This document shows positions 37,341 through 48,923 of a stretch of DNA of 64,000 nt, in pieces. Positions within the stretch are counted from its first letter, which is position 1, and every line of letters begins with the position of its first letter. Source of the DNA: TPA_inf: Saccharomyces (lineage: Eukaryota); contig BK006948.2 of assembly GCA_000146045.2 (NCBI GenBank), positions 1,024,001 through 1,088,000 on the forward strand, in the 5' to 3' direction. A program made the position numbers and the translations under genes. Under the pieces are notes generated by a model that was not told the origin of the DNA, searched no databases, and saw nothing but the letters and a program-made list of their open reading frames with translations.

Positions 37341-37563
37341 AAAAAAAATCTAGGACATAGGTAGGACTAAGAAGACTGTGGCATTACTACACAGCAATCA
37401 TATTTTACCGCTTCCTCGTTTAATTGGATTTTTACTTTTCATTACATTAGCGATCATTAAAAAAGGAGCGTCAATTTTTTACTTGGCAAATGTGTAATGT
37501 AGCGTTTTCGGTATGTCACATCACCAATTTTGTCGCAGTTAATTTAATTCACCCAGATTTCGA

Positions 37564-39648
37564 ATGCTTTTCGCTAGATTAGTGCTGCTGTTGGTGTATT
37601 TGGCACCAGGTTCTTTAGCAAAACCAGCATCAACTAAGAAAAGAACGCAATGGGACCAGATAGCAATTGATGCTTGTGCTAAAGAATTGGAATCACACAA
37701 ATTTGACACGGATGTGAAGGGTCGGCACGCTACTCTTTGCACTTATGAACCAGCACTAGGGTCTTGGTTACATTGCGCGAAGGATGTTCTCGACAGTAGG
37801 AAGAAAAGTAAAAAAATATTCGAAAAAACGTTTAGCAAAATTAATCAGTATTGCCACGATTATCACAAAGATGAGGTCGTCAGCAATGAGGAGTATTATC
37901 GAATTTTTGCCAATGCATCCCTTTTCATCCGGCCTCTTGATGAGGTAAAGGAAAACATACGATATCCCGTCACTCCCAATAAAGCCTCTCTAGATAGGTG
38001 GGTATGGGCTTATTTTGGGCCCCTGGATAATATAGACAAAGGAAATGTTTATGGAGTGACGATTTGCTTATACTGGATAGGAGTTCTGTTTATTGCAGCT
38101 GTATATCACTTCTTGAACTTTTCTCGACTTAAACAAACGGTGTTCAAAAACAAGGTGTCTGCTTTCTTAAGAGGCCACTATGTTCTTCCAGCGCTTGTTC
38201 ATAACCATGCTATGTCAGTGGGAAGGTGGTTTTTCATCGGTCTGGTCCCTACCAGGTTAGAGACCCTTGTCCTATTCGGTTACGTTTTGTTGCACGGGTT
38301 CTTGTTGAGTAGTTACAATTTTGACCATAATGAGTTGCTCAGTGATCGCAGAAGCCAAGTGCTTATCTTCCTTTCCGACAGGGCAGGGATCCTGGCATTC
38401 GCACATTTTCCTTTGATAGTTCTCTTTGGCGGTAAAAACAGCACAATGACTTGGCTCACAGGTATAAGATATACCGCATTCATTACTTACCACAAATGGT
38501 TAGGAAGATTCATGTTAGTAGACTGTACGATCCATGCAATAGGATACACCTACCATGCATACATAGAAAATTACTGGAAATACGTGAAGTATAGTGATCT
38601 ATGGACATCCGGAAGACATGCCATGATCATTGTTGGAATACTTGTGTTTTTTTCGTTCTTCTTCTTTAGACGACATTATTACGAATTGTTTGTTATTACG
38701 CACATTATCTTAGCAATAGGATTTTTCCATGCGTGCTGGAAACATTGCTATAAACTTGGATGGGGTGAATGGATAATGGCGTGTGCACTGTTTTGGATTG
38801 CTGACCGTATTCTGCGGCTAATAAAGATTGCAATTTTTGGAATGCCATGGGCTAAATTGAAACTGTGTGGCGAGTCCATGATAGAAGTGAGAATCTCAAA
38901 AAGCTCCAAATGGTGGAAAGCAGAACCTGGCCAATATATATATCTGTACTTCTTAAGACCAAAAATATTCTGGCAATCACATCCATTCACGGTCATGGAT
39001 TCTTTGGTTGAGGATGGTGAGTTGGTAGTTGTGATAACAGTGAAAAATGGGCTAACCAAAAAATTACAGGAATACCTTTTAGAGAGCGAAGGGTACACGG
39101 AAATGCGAGTACTAGCAGAAGGACCTTATGGACAAAGCACGCGAACACATTTGTTCGAAAGCCTCCTGTTTATTGCCGGAGGGGCGGGTGTTCCTGGACC
39201 TCTGTCGATGGCAATAAAGGCAGGTCGCCAGGTCAAAAGCAACGATTCTCATCAAATGATCAAATTTGTGTGGAGTGTACGTAACCTTGATCTCTTAGAA
39301 GTGTATCGCAAAGAGATAATGGTGCTAAAAGAGTTGAACATAGACACAAAAATTTACTTCACAGGAGAGCGAAAAGATGAATCGAACACGGAGGAGGGAG
39401 CAATTGCTAATATGAGCACGGAAGGCAGACTGCTGACGACATCGAAATCAGCGGAAATGATTACTGATTTTGGACGACCAAATATCGATGAGATAATTGA
39501 AGAAGCAGTAAGTGGTGCAAAATCTTTGTTGGTCACTTGTTGCGGGTCAGAGGGCTTTGTAGACAAGACACGAGAGTTGACGGCAAAAAGAGTTCTTGAA
39601 CACGGTGACAAATGGATAGAATACGTGGAGGAATTCCAGAATTGGTAG
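37564..39648 (+). CDS. FRE5: Ferric reductase family transmembrane protein, 694 aa
   Basis: Paralogous to the FRE3 ORF (conserved CTYEPAL, HKWLGR, HPFTV, CCGP blocks); signal peptide. Confidence 0.85.
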   Translation: MLFARLVLLLVYLAPGSLAKPASTKKRTQWDQIAIDACAKELESHKFDTDVKGRHATLCTYEPALGSWLHCAKDVLDSRKKSKKIFEKTFSKINQYCHDYHKDEVVSNEEYYRIFANASLFIRPLDEVKENIRYPVTPNKASLDRWVWAYFGPLDNIDKGNVYGVTICLYWIGVLFIAAVYHFLNFSRLKQTVFKNKVSAFLRGHYVLPALVHNHAMSVGRWFFIGLVPTRLETLVLFGYVLLHGFLLSSYNFDHNELLSDRRSQVLIFLSDRAGILAFAHFPLIVLFGGKNSTMTWLTGIRYTAFITYHKWLGRFMLVDCTIHAIGYTYHAYIENYWKYVKYSDLWTSGRHAMIIVGILVFFSFFFFRRHYYELFVITHIILAIGFFHACWKHCYKLGWGEWIMACALFWIADRILRLIKIAIFGMPWAKLKLCGESMIEVRISKSSKWWKAEPGQYIYLYFLRPKIFWQSHPFTVMDSLVEDGELVVVITVKNGLTKKLQEYLLESEGYTEMRVLAEGPYGQSTRTHLFESLLFIAGGAGVPGPLSMAIKAGRQVKSNDSHQMIKFVWSVRNLDLLEVYRKEIMVLKELNIDTKIYFTGERKDESNTEEGAIANMSTEGRLLTTSKSAEMITDFGRPNIDEIIEEAVSGAKSLLVTCCGSEGFVDKTRELTAKRVLEHGDKWIEYVEEFQNW

Positions 39649-41042
39649 CATTTCAATCCGCCCTATCAATGCTAACCTGTTACGAATACCAAAACCACAA
39701 AAACACGGACCTTGTTTAATTACTGTATGAAATAACTGTACTCCATTAATATTCAATGCATTTAGTCCTTAAAAATCAGCGGGAATCTAATAAGCCGGCG
39801 AAGGTACTACACCTCACCCTTACTGTTATTTAAAAATCCTATTTGTGGGGATTTGCAATTAGTTTTCATCGCCAAATAACAATCCTTCACTGCACACCAC
39901 TACTTAAAAAAAGGGTACATTGCTAACATTCTTGGTATGAAAAATTGCAGTCATTTAGATTGAGTTGGCAAAAATACAAATTTAACGCATGAGTATAAAA
40001 TCGCTATTCGCTTTATTATTATTTCCTCCCTGATTAATAAATATCGAAGGGTAATCAGGGTTACGGGAACAGTACTTATCGGAGGAATAATAAGCAGCAC
40101 CCTTTAGAATGTGGATCGTTTCAATACAGTCGCATCTGACATATACAGCGCCACTGTCGTAAGTTGTCAATCACGAGAACATAATCTTGAAACACGGATG
40201 GCTACATAGAGTTACCTTTTTCATCATGATATGAATTGATACTTTAGGCATGATAGAAAACAAAAGTTTTGCATTACATCAGGGTATCCAATTGAAAATG
40301 TTCTAGCTATTCATTTACCTTCCCGAAAAGCATTCTTCGAAGCTGCAGTTCTTTCTGCCATTCATCTCAGAACTGTCTTCGTTGCAGAGTCAAAGTTGCC
40401 ACTTTTCTTCATTTATTTGATATAGAAAATGCGCAATATACAATCTCTCATTGCAGGATTGATATCATTTTTCCGAGGGAGCGATATTCAACCAGGTTTT
40501 GCCAGTCAACGGTGAAGGGTAATACATCAGGTAGGTTGAAAATTAGGCGAGTGAATTAAGAACTTTCTTCCTTTATTACTCTCATTCAATGCCAGTTCGA
40601 TGAAAATTAGCGGGCAACGATACGCAAATGTCTCGTAAATACTTACGTAATAAGTTATTATTTAATCAAACTTCAATTCGCAAACAAATGAAGGTTACAC
40701 TGTACTTGCATCACTTACAGTGGGTTTGAAGTTTCTATGATAGTGGTATCTCGAATTACTGAGAAAATACTGATAGTGAGCTCTTGACGAAAACCTTTCT
40801 CCCCGATTATCGCCTATGGTGTATGTCATAAAGGCTTATAAAAGCGAGGCTTTTCATAGAAATATCACTTCATTGTCAGCAACAGGGGCTCATGTTCATT
40901 CGTAAGCCTCTTAATTTTTCAAAGGCATTGTACATAGAAACAGCGAAAAAACTGTAGCAGCCACTTTCACTGAGCTACTGTATATAAGGCGGGCAGTAGA
41001 AACCAAGACATAATAATTCAAAGAAGAAACAACCAATTAACA

Positions 41043-41915
41043 ATGCGTGGTTTCAGTGGTCAACCATTGAGTGATGATGATAATTATAGAATTGAAAAGA
41101 CTCAAAGGAACACAATTCCTGAACGTCTCCATTTTAGCAGAGAGAGAAATATGCCCATTGCAAGTATATTCGGGACTAGAGGATATTTTGTATTCTCAAG
41201 TGAGCAATCCTATGACAAATTCAAACAGACAAACTTTAATATCAGTACTCTAGATGCGGATGGTGTAGGTGTTCCTCTTTTTCATATTGTCCAAAGTTAT
41301 AACGTTATTGGCAAAATTACTCGGAGCTCGCCGGATTTCTATATCTACAAGTACGTTTTACAAGGGGTGCAAGATCCGCCTTTATACTCTGATTGTAAAG
41401 TTATTTGTCAAGATAAAGTTTTTCGTTTATGCAAAATTTTATATTGTGAAATTTATGCTCATCAAGGATTTTTTGAAACTAAATACGATTTCTTCTATCC
41501 TTCTAAAACGCAGCCGGTCAAAAAATACCAAATAATCAAACAAAGTAATATGCGAGATCTATATTCCACTTTGGACGGTATGCGTTTTCGTTGGCATGTG
41601 AAATTCTACAGCGATCATTTTCGATTGATGTTCCTAGATGAGGACAGGCTCAATTACTCAAATAGTAACCAAAAGGAAAGGCAAAAACCAGATCAAGGAA
41701 AAAGTAAGGCTCCAGATTTCGTAATTGGCCATTATACAAGAACTTTTTCCGATATACTCCCTAGATCCACGTCAAAATGCTCCAATCTTATTATTGGAGA
41801 ACACTCAAAGCCAGACTCTCTTGGTATCACGACCGTTCCTGATTTGACTCAGGAATTTGCCTGTCAGGGAGCTTTAATCCATTATCTGCTGCATATAGAA
41901 CGAGAAAGAAAATAA
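41043..41915 (+). CDS. YOR385W: Uncharacterised 290-aa protein, no recognisable domain
   Basis: Clean 290-aa ORF isolated in AT-rich intergenic DNA; assignment by synteny between FRE5 and PHR1. Confidence 0.6.
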   Translation: MRGFSGQPLSDDDNYRIEKTQRNTIPERLHFSRERNMPIASIFGTRGYFVFSSEQSYDKFKQTNFNISTLDADGVGVPLFHIVQSYNVIGKITRSSPDFYIYKYVLQGVQDPPLYSDCKVICQDKVFRLCKILYCEIYAHQGFFETKYDFFYPSKTQPVKKYQIIKQSNMRDLYSTLDGMRFRWHVKFYSDHFRLMFLDEDRLNYSNSNQKERQKPDQGKSKAPDFVIGHYTRTFSDILPRSTSKCSNLIIGEHSKPDSLGITTVPDLTQEFACQGALIHYLLHIERERK

Positions 41916-42722
41916 AAAAAGAAACAGAAACAGAAATAGAAAATGGTGAAGTAGGATACAATCTAGTGGCTTATTACTCAAGGATTTTTTCGCAATCCGT
42001 CCAATCCGAAAAATATAACTTGACGTGTAACACCCAGAGGAACGTTATACAGGCAACTGAGGTCGAATGAAACGAGATTACTCTTTAGGTTCAATTGAGC
42101 AGGCATTTATCCGAGACATTACGACCTAGCCAAATGAGATACATACATATTAGCTAGAACTTCGCATCACATATTTTTTCAATTTTTTTTCAATACGCAA
42201 TTATTGCCCATAATTAATCTGAGGTTTTCATACTTATTGGCAATAGTAAGATCAAGGTAACGTTGTTTTTGGTTTGACTTTATACAGGATTTATTCCTAC
42301 GTAGTCAAGATTATGGTATATTTTGTGTGCATTTTAACACCGGCGCTAGTACCAACATCTTTTTACTGATTGTATTCATAGAGTATCCTTTTAATATTAC
42401 TTAGCAAGTATTTTGTAACAAATCCAAGCATAATATAACAAGCTCCGTCAATTGAACCCACCTTTTTAACAATATGAGAAGATACAGCTGTTTTTTCTCG
42501 AAATTGTTATCTAGAAGTTTATGCAAAATCAAAACTCTATCCAGAATCATCATCGGAGCTTTTTGAAATCCATAAATCTTTCTATCCAATAAGCATATTA
42601 AAGAAGTTATTGATATGAAGATGACGCTTCATAATGCTAGCTACAACAATTACGTTTGATGACTGCGTATTCAATTATTTTTATCCCGAACTACATATCT
42701 CGCTTTTACTGGCGCCACTTTT

Positions 42723-42766
42723 CTTCCTCGTTTTTCGAGGAAGCAGTCAAATTAAACCTTAAGGGG
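42723..42766. promoter_or_regulatory. PHR1 upstream repressing region: 21-bp perfect palindrome CTTCCTCGTTTTTCGAGGAAG (42723-42743) followed by AG4 element CCTTAAGGGG (42757-42766; Rph1/Gis1-type site)
   Basis: Palindrome and AGGGG read directly, 73-116 bp upstream of the PHR1 ATG; fits the published damage-responsive URS of PHR1 (established knowledge). Confidence 0.6.
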
Positions 42767-42838
42767 TGAAAGTATGCTTACTTTGACACTTATTCCTCTT
42801 TACAATTCGTTTCACAGAACAGACAACCAGCACTGATA

Positions 42839-44536
42839 ATGAAAAGAACGGTAATATCTTCCTCGAACGCATATGCTAGTAAGAGATCTCGGCTGGATAT
42901 AGAACATGATTTTGAACAATACCACTCGTTGAACAAAAAATATTATCCAAGGCCAATTACTAGGACAGGCGCAAATCAATTCAATAATAAGTCTCGGGCT
43001 AAACCAATGGAGATTGTGGAAAAACTGCAAAAGAAGCAAAAAACGTCGTTTGAGAATGTTAGCACTGTCATGCACTGGTTTCGAAATGATCTACGTTTAT
43101 ATGATAATGTGGGACTGTACAAAAGTGTTGCGCTCTTCCAGCAATTGAGGCAAAAAAACGCAAAAGCCAAATTATATGCTGTTTATGTCATCAATGAAGA
43201 TGATTGGAGAGCCCATATGGATAGCGGATGGAAATTGATGTTTATAATGGGGGCGTTAAAAAATTTGCAGCAGTCCTTAGCCGAATTACACATACCTCTT
43301 CTTCTGTGGGAATTCCACACTCCAAAAAGTACCTTATCTAATTCAAAAGAGTTCGTGGAGTTTTTCAAAGAAAAATGTATGAATGTAAGTTCAGGAACAG
43401 GTACGATAATCACTGCTAATATAGAATACCAAACAGATGAACTGTACCGTGATATTAGGCTGTTAGAAAATGAAGACCATAGATTGCAATTGAAATACTA
43501 CCACGACTCTTGCATTGTTGCTCCTGGATTGATCACTACTGACAGAGGCACCAACTATTCTGTGTTTACTCCATGGTACAAAAAATGGGTGCTATATGTA
43601 AATAATTACAAAAAGAGTACCTCTGAAATTTGTCATTTGCATATAATCGAACCATTAAAGTACAACGAAACTTTTGAACTGAAGCCATTCCAATATTCAT
43701 TACCGGATGAATTCCTTCAATATATACCTAAATCAAAATGGTGCTTGCCAGACGTTTCTGAAGAAGCAGCTTTATCCAGATTAAAAGATTTCCTCGGTAC
43801 AAAAAGTTCTAAGTACAACAATGAAAAAGACATGCTATATTTGGGTGGAACCTCTGGGCTAAGTGTATATATAACTACTGGTAGGATAAGCACAAGACTT
43901 ATAGTCAACCAGGCATTTCAATCATGCAACGGACAAATAATGTCAAAAGCACTGAAAGATAATTCGTCCACCCAAAATTTCATCAAAGAAGTTGCATGGA
44001 GAGATTTTTACAGACATTGTATGTGCAACTGGCCATATACCTCAATGGGAATGCCTTATCGATTGGACACTTTAGATATAAAATGGGAGAATAACCCTGT
44101 AGCATTTGAAAAGTGGTGTACTGGTAATACAGGCATTCCCATAGTCGATGCCATAATGAGAAAATTACTGTACACAGGCTATATTAATAACAGATCTAGA
44201 ATGATCACAGCTTCTTTTCTTTCTAAAAACTTATTAATAGATTGGAGATGGGGGGAACGCTGGTTTATGAAACACTTGATAGACGGTGATTCGTCTTCAA
44301 ATGTTGGTGGCTGGGGTTTTTGTTCTAGTACAGGAATTGATGCCCAACCATATTTTAGAGTTTTTAATATGGATATACAAGCAAAAAAATATGACCCACA
44401 AATGATATTCGTCAAACAATGGGTTCCCGAATTGATTTCTTCCGAAAATAAGCGTCCAGAAAACTATCCAAAACCTTTAGTTGATTTAAAGCATAGTAGG
44501 GAGCGTGCTTTGAAAGTTTATAAAGACGCAATGTGA
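42839..44536 (+). CDS. PHR1: CPD DNA photolyase, 565 aa
   Basis: Photolyase N-terminal alpha/beta domain and FAD-binding C-terminal region (WREFY-like WRDFYRH, tryptophan-rich); 565 aa. Confidence 0.9.
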   Translation: MKRTVISSSNAYASKRSRLDIEHDFEQYHSLNKKYYPRPITRTGANQFNNKSRAKPMEIVEKLQKKQKTSFENVSTVMHWFRNDLRLYDNVGLYKSVALFQQLRQKNAKAKLYAVYVINEDDWRAHMDSGWKLMFIMGALKNLQQSLAELHIPLLLWEFHTPKSTLSNSKEFVEFFKEKCMNVSSGTGTIITANIEYQTDELYRDIRLLENEDHRLQLKYYHDSCIVAPGLITTDRGTNYSVFTPWYKKWVLYVNNYKKSTSEICHLHIIEPLKYNETFELKPFQYSLPDEFLQYIPKSKWCLPDVSEEAALSRLKDFLGTKSSKYNNEKDMLYLGGTSGLSVYITTGRISTRLIVNQAFQSCNGQIMSKALKDNSSTQNFIKEVAWRDFYRHCMCNWPYTSMGMPYRLDTLDIKWENNPVAFEKWCTGNTGIPIVDAIMRKLLYTGYINNRSRMITASFLSKNLLIDWRWGERWFMKHLIDGDSSSNVGGWGFCSSTGIDAQPYFRVFNMDIQAKKYDPQMIFVKQWVPELISSENKRPENYPKPLVDLKHSRERALKVYKDAM

Positions 44537-45620
44537 GAATAACGTCTCCTGATTAAGCAGGTGTGCTTTAGTAGTTTTGCCGCTTTGCTTGATCACTGTT
44601 AGTATTTCGGCAAATTATATGGTATTGGTCGCCTTGCCAGGTTCTTTAGGAAGTTCATCATAAACTAACGCTTTCAAGAATTTACGGAAATGATAGGGTT
44701 TATAGTTTTTATAACAGTAGTGGACCTAGAAAACACCGATAGCTGGCGGCGGTTATATCTCATTACTACTATGAAAACTGTGGCTCCTGAGTAGCTACTG
44801 AAGGATGTGCCCATCTTAATCCAGACCTAGTCAATACAATCAATACAACTGTCTAGCTGAAAACTGACAAAAAAGTTTGTCGATGTCTCTAGTATATTCA
44901 CTATAACACTAAATTTTATTGTAAATTATTACACAAGTTTTCAAGAAGAAAAACAATATTAAACACAATAACTAGATTATGCGAGGCACGGCAAAAGGAG
45001 TGAAGAGGGCAAAATACGGAGAAGACAATATAGAATAAATTTCTTTTTTTGATTAGAGAAGATTGTTTGCCAGTGACTGTGAACTAATTAAAAGGGAAAA
45101 GAGAATGCCTTGGTTAGATTGCTTGGAGCAATAGTCTTACCATGATGATCAGTCGGATTCTGACGACGTTGGGTATTTTAAAACACGCGTAATTGAAAGG
45201 GTGATGTTGAGAATGGACCACTTCAAGATATGCTCGAAAATGTAGCTATATTTCACGGATGAATAACTCGTAAGAATGTGCAGTAGCTGATGGACCTAGG
45301 AACGATCAAGTCAACGTTGTATTTTGGTTCGGCAAACAATTGATATGATGTTGACAAGAAAACCATCTGCGCTCTAATCTCTAAGTACACGTGCATTTGG
45401 ACCTATCATCAAAAGAGAATAAGAGGATACTTTCAAGAGAAGTTCAAAAAAGAATCATTATTATGATCCAATGACAGTGACAATAAGATCAACATAAAAA
45501 AGAAAAGTCAGAAGTATAAATCTGGGTCTTTTTCTCTAAAATAATTATAGTCTGTTAATTTATAAAACTGCCTAAAAAATATACTTAAAATATGTCTACA
45601 GATTATGCAGCTGGAAAAAA

Positions 45621-46241
45621 TCAAGCAAAACCAGCGTCTGGTGGACAAACGGCCTTCAACTGGATGGCGGTACAATAATCTGGTAATGTCTCATTCGCAG
45701 CGAAAATGTTCACAGTTGGGGTGCTCAAAATAACAGAAGCAAAGTTTGGGTAACAGGAAGCAACTTGAACGCCATACTGAGTAGAGTTAAACAATTGGTT
45801 AGCTAAACCGGTTATGAAGGAAGCATTATCAGCGGTGTCTGCCCAAGAGTTGTATTCAATTTCACCAGTAACAGTGTTAGCAAAAGGAACCATAGCATCA
45901 CCAATGGATTGAGGGTTACAAGTGTAGATATTGGTGGTGAAGATTAGTGGAGAAAAGTTCTTCGTATCATTGCTAGCAATAGTAGTCAACTTTGGGAGGA
46001 ATCTTGTTTCCTGGCCCAAATATCTTGCCCAAGCGTCACCAGCGCTTTCAGTTAAAACGTCGGCACCAGCAAACGTAGATTGACCCAAAAATGTACCATT
46101 TTGGCCAACGACTTCCATAACGTAGGTACCACAGTGAGGTCCATGTAGGTTATTACAAGTGACGTTAGTCAAATCAAATCTGACGGCTGTTGCAACAGAC
46201 ACAAGGACGCTGAAAAAAGTAAAAATGTTTAGGAAACTCAT
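45621..46241 (-). CDS. YOR387C: Secreted/cell-surface protein of the VEL1 family, 206 aa; zinc-limitation-induced by established knowledge
   Basis: Signal peptide MSFLNIFTFFSVLVSVATA; multiple N-glycosylation sequons (NVT, NGT, NDT); subtelomeric position. Confidence 0.75.
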   Translation of the reverse strand: MSFLNIFTFFSVLVSVATAVRFDLTNVTCNNLHGPHCGTYVMEVVGQNGTFLGQSTFAGADVLTESAGDAWARYLGQETRFLPKLTTIASNDTKNFSPLIFTTNIYTCNPQSIGDAMVPFANTVTGEIEYNSWADTADNASFITGLANQLFNSTQYGVQVASCYPNFASVILSTPTVNIFAANETLPDYCTAIQLKAVCPPDAGFA

Positions 46242-47792
46242 GGTATGGTTGTTGTTCTTGATTTCTTGAGATTGTACAATCTATCAGAAGCAGTAGCTCT
46301 CCATTTTGAATGAAAATTACGATGCTTATATATCAATTATACCTGTTATATGCTGAAAACCTTAATGATTATATTAACCTTTTTCTAGCAACTGAAAATA
46401 CAGATCTGGAATATGTTTCTATATTTCCAACCTCAGCGGTTATTCGAAAAAAAAATAATTGACCCGCAGGGTGTATAGGTAGTTGATGAAAGTATCATTG
46501 TTTTTAATTTATTGTTAAAAGTCCGAAAAGCGAGAATGCATGAAAGTATTACCTTCCATTCCAGGAATAGAAGCAACACTAATTCAAAAGCCCGTTTAGG
46601 AAAGATCCGAATATTTTGACAGTAGTACGTAATGAATAACCACTCAGGTGATACTAAGACAAATTTTACAACATTTTAATGTGTTCCTGATTTGATTATG
46701 CAACACTTTTTTTGACCCAGTCCAAAAAAACTGCCGTAATATACTTCATTGGTTGTCGTACAAGTAAGCTTTAACATGGTTCTCGAAGTCAAAGCGCAAA
46801 CATGCGACCAATGGGTCAAAATAATGGTAAGACGCTGCAAAATTCTCTTCACTTAATTGAAAAAAAGTTTCATAATTCATGTCGGACAGATTTATTTCTG
46901 GACAATTTGGTTCTGTTGAATTCAGAAATGCTCAGGGTTCATCATGCCATAGTGCCACTTCAATGGAAGACAATACCTTTGAGAAAAAAAGGTACCTTGC
47001 ATGAGGTATGATGCACGGGTGCACTGTTAAAAAAAAAAAAATTTCAGATGTATTTAAAGACTTTCTAGGCTGGGCGGCTAACAAAAAAGTGATGGAGAGT
47101 GAATCAACAGGTGCCAATATGCAGCAAGTGGAACTTTCTGGGGATTTTATTACTGTGATGTTCGACAAATAGTTCAAATAATTATAAGCTAGTGGCTGCA
47201 TTGGATTATGAAACAGGGAATCAGATATAGGCTTCCCTGGCTTTCCTTCGAAACGTTTGAAGTAGTAAGCGATAACCTATCCCTGAACACTTAACATTAT
47301 ATGGCTCTTTTCTGCAGCAGATACTTTTGGAGTCTTAAAAGCACAATGTTTGAGCCGGCCAGGCGCCCATAATTAGAAATAAAAACTGTTTATAGTGTAG
47401 ATGATCAGTTGTGATTATGCTACTGTTACAATTAATGAAGTTGATTGCGATCTCTCCTTTTACTGTATCTTTAGTTCTGTTATTAACGACGAGCCAAATT
47501 CCAGAAAAACAGTAAGGGAGAAAGACTTTTCCTCTTTATTTGAACCGCTACCGTGAAGATCGTTTACTGCCAAATTTTGACAGCAGATTTTGTATATAGC
47601 TACCATATCAGCAGTTTCAATTATTTGATATTAATAAACCGCTCTTCTATTTTTTAAGAGATAACGAAAATTTTGCTTTACAAAATATTTAGCTAAGGTA
47701 TAAATGTGCTATGGACGAATAGTGGAGAATACGCCAAAACAAGAACAAAAGGAGACCGGAAAACTTCTGCTCACAAATACTCATAATCACTC

Positions 47793-48923
47793 TTATTTCT
47801 TCTGTCCATAAGCTCTGGTGGCATAAGAACCATTCTGCACAATAATATCCTGTGGACGGTAATCAAACTTTTTGGAAAAGTAACTATTTAGGATGTTCTT
47901 TACTCCCTGAGCGTACCTCTTTTGAGCATCCAGAGATGTGCCACTGATATGAACAGTCATTGCGTTTCCCACGTGGTCCTTATTGTCCATAGTCCTCCAG
48001 GGATGGTCTTTTGGTGCTGGTTGCTTATCCCAGACATCACCACCATAGCCAGCCAATTTACCAGACTTGACTGCCTCGGCAACATCTTCTGCGACACAAA
48101 TAGCACCTCTAGCGGTATTCACCAAGTATGCACCATCTTTCATGTGGGAAATAAGCTTTTTATTGAATAAACCCCTTGAGTCCTTGTGCAATGGACAGTT
48201 GATGGTAACAACATCTGACTGAGCAACCATATCCTCCAATTTCTCTACTCTCTGAACAATATCACCTCTGCCATTGAAAAGCTTGCTGGCCTCGTTCAAT
48301 CTATTGATTGCTTCCGCAGGTAGTTCCTGGTAGTCGTAGTACAGTAACTTCTTCGGATTAAATGCGACCAATCTTTCCAGAACCCTATATCCAATTCTAC
48401 CGGCACCTACCGTTGAAATTATTTTGTCTTCCAGATCATACTCATTTTTAGCCACGCCGGCAATATCCCACTCACCATTAATTGCTTGTTGATGACCACC
48501 ATTATAGTTTCTTATCAAAACCAAAATTGTGGCCATAACGTGCTCTGCGACAGAAACGACGTTAGAACCAGTAACTTCGGTGACCGTGATTTTCCGTTCA
48601 TTTGCAGCTTCTAAATCGACATGGTCTGAACCGACGCCAGCGGTTACACAGAGCTTCAGGTTAGGAGCTTCTGCAATCCTGTTTCTCGAGATGTAGGCGG
48701 GGAAAAAGGGCGTAGTAATGACAATTTCAGCGTCTTTCAACTCCCTGTCTACCGTTGAGGTTGGCTCAGGGTCCTTGTCAATGGTAGTAACCAACTCGTA
48801 TCCCTGTTCTTCAATGAAATTTCTGATACCAAGTTCATTTTCAATACACCCCAATAACTTTTCCTGCTCTTCAGCATGCTTACCACCTTCGTAAAGAACC
48901 AGCAAAACCTTTCCCTTCGACAT
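47793..48923 (-). CDS. FDH1: NAD-dependent formate dehydrogenase, 376 aa
   Basis: D-isomer 2-hydroxyacid dehydrogenase fold; NAD-binding GxGxxG in the context [15 protein letters not shown]; 376 aa. Confidence 0.95.

Noticed and set aside
46242-46800. Zap1 ZRE (ACCTTNAAGGT) upstream of YOR387C
   Set aside because: Only 9/11 partial matches (accttaatgat, acctcagcggt) were found by eye; insufficient to call a site although the gene is reported zinc-regulated. Needs a PWM scan.
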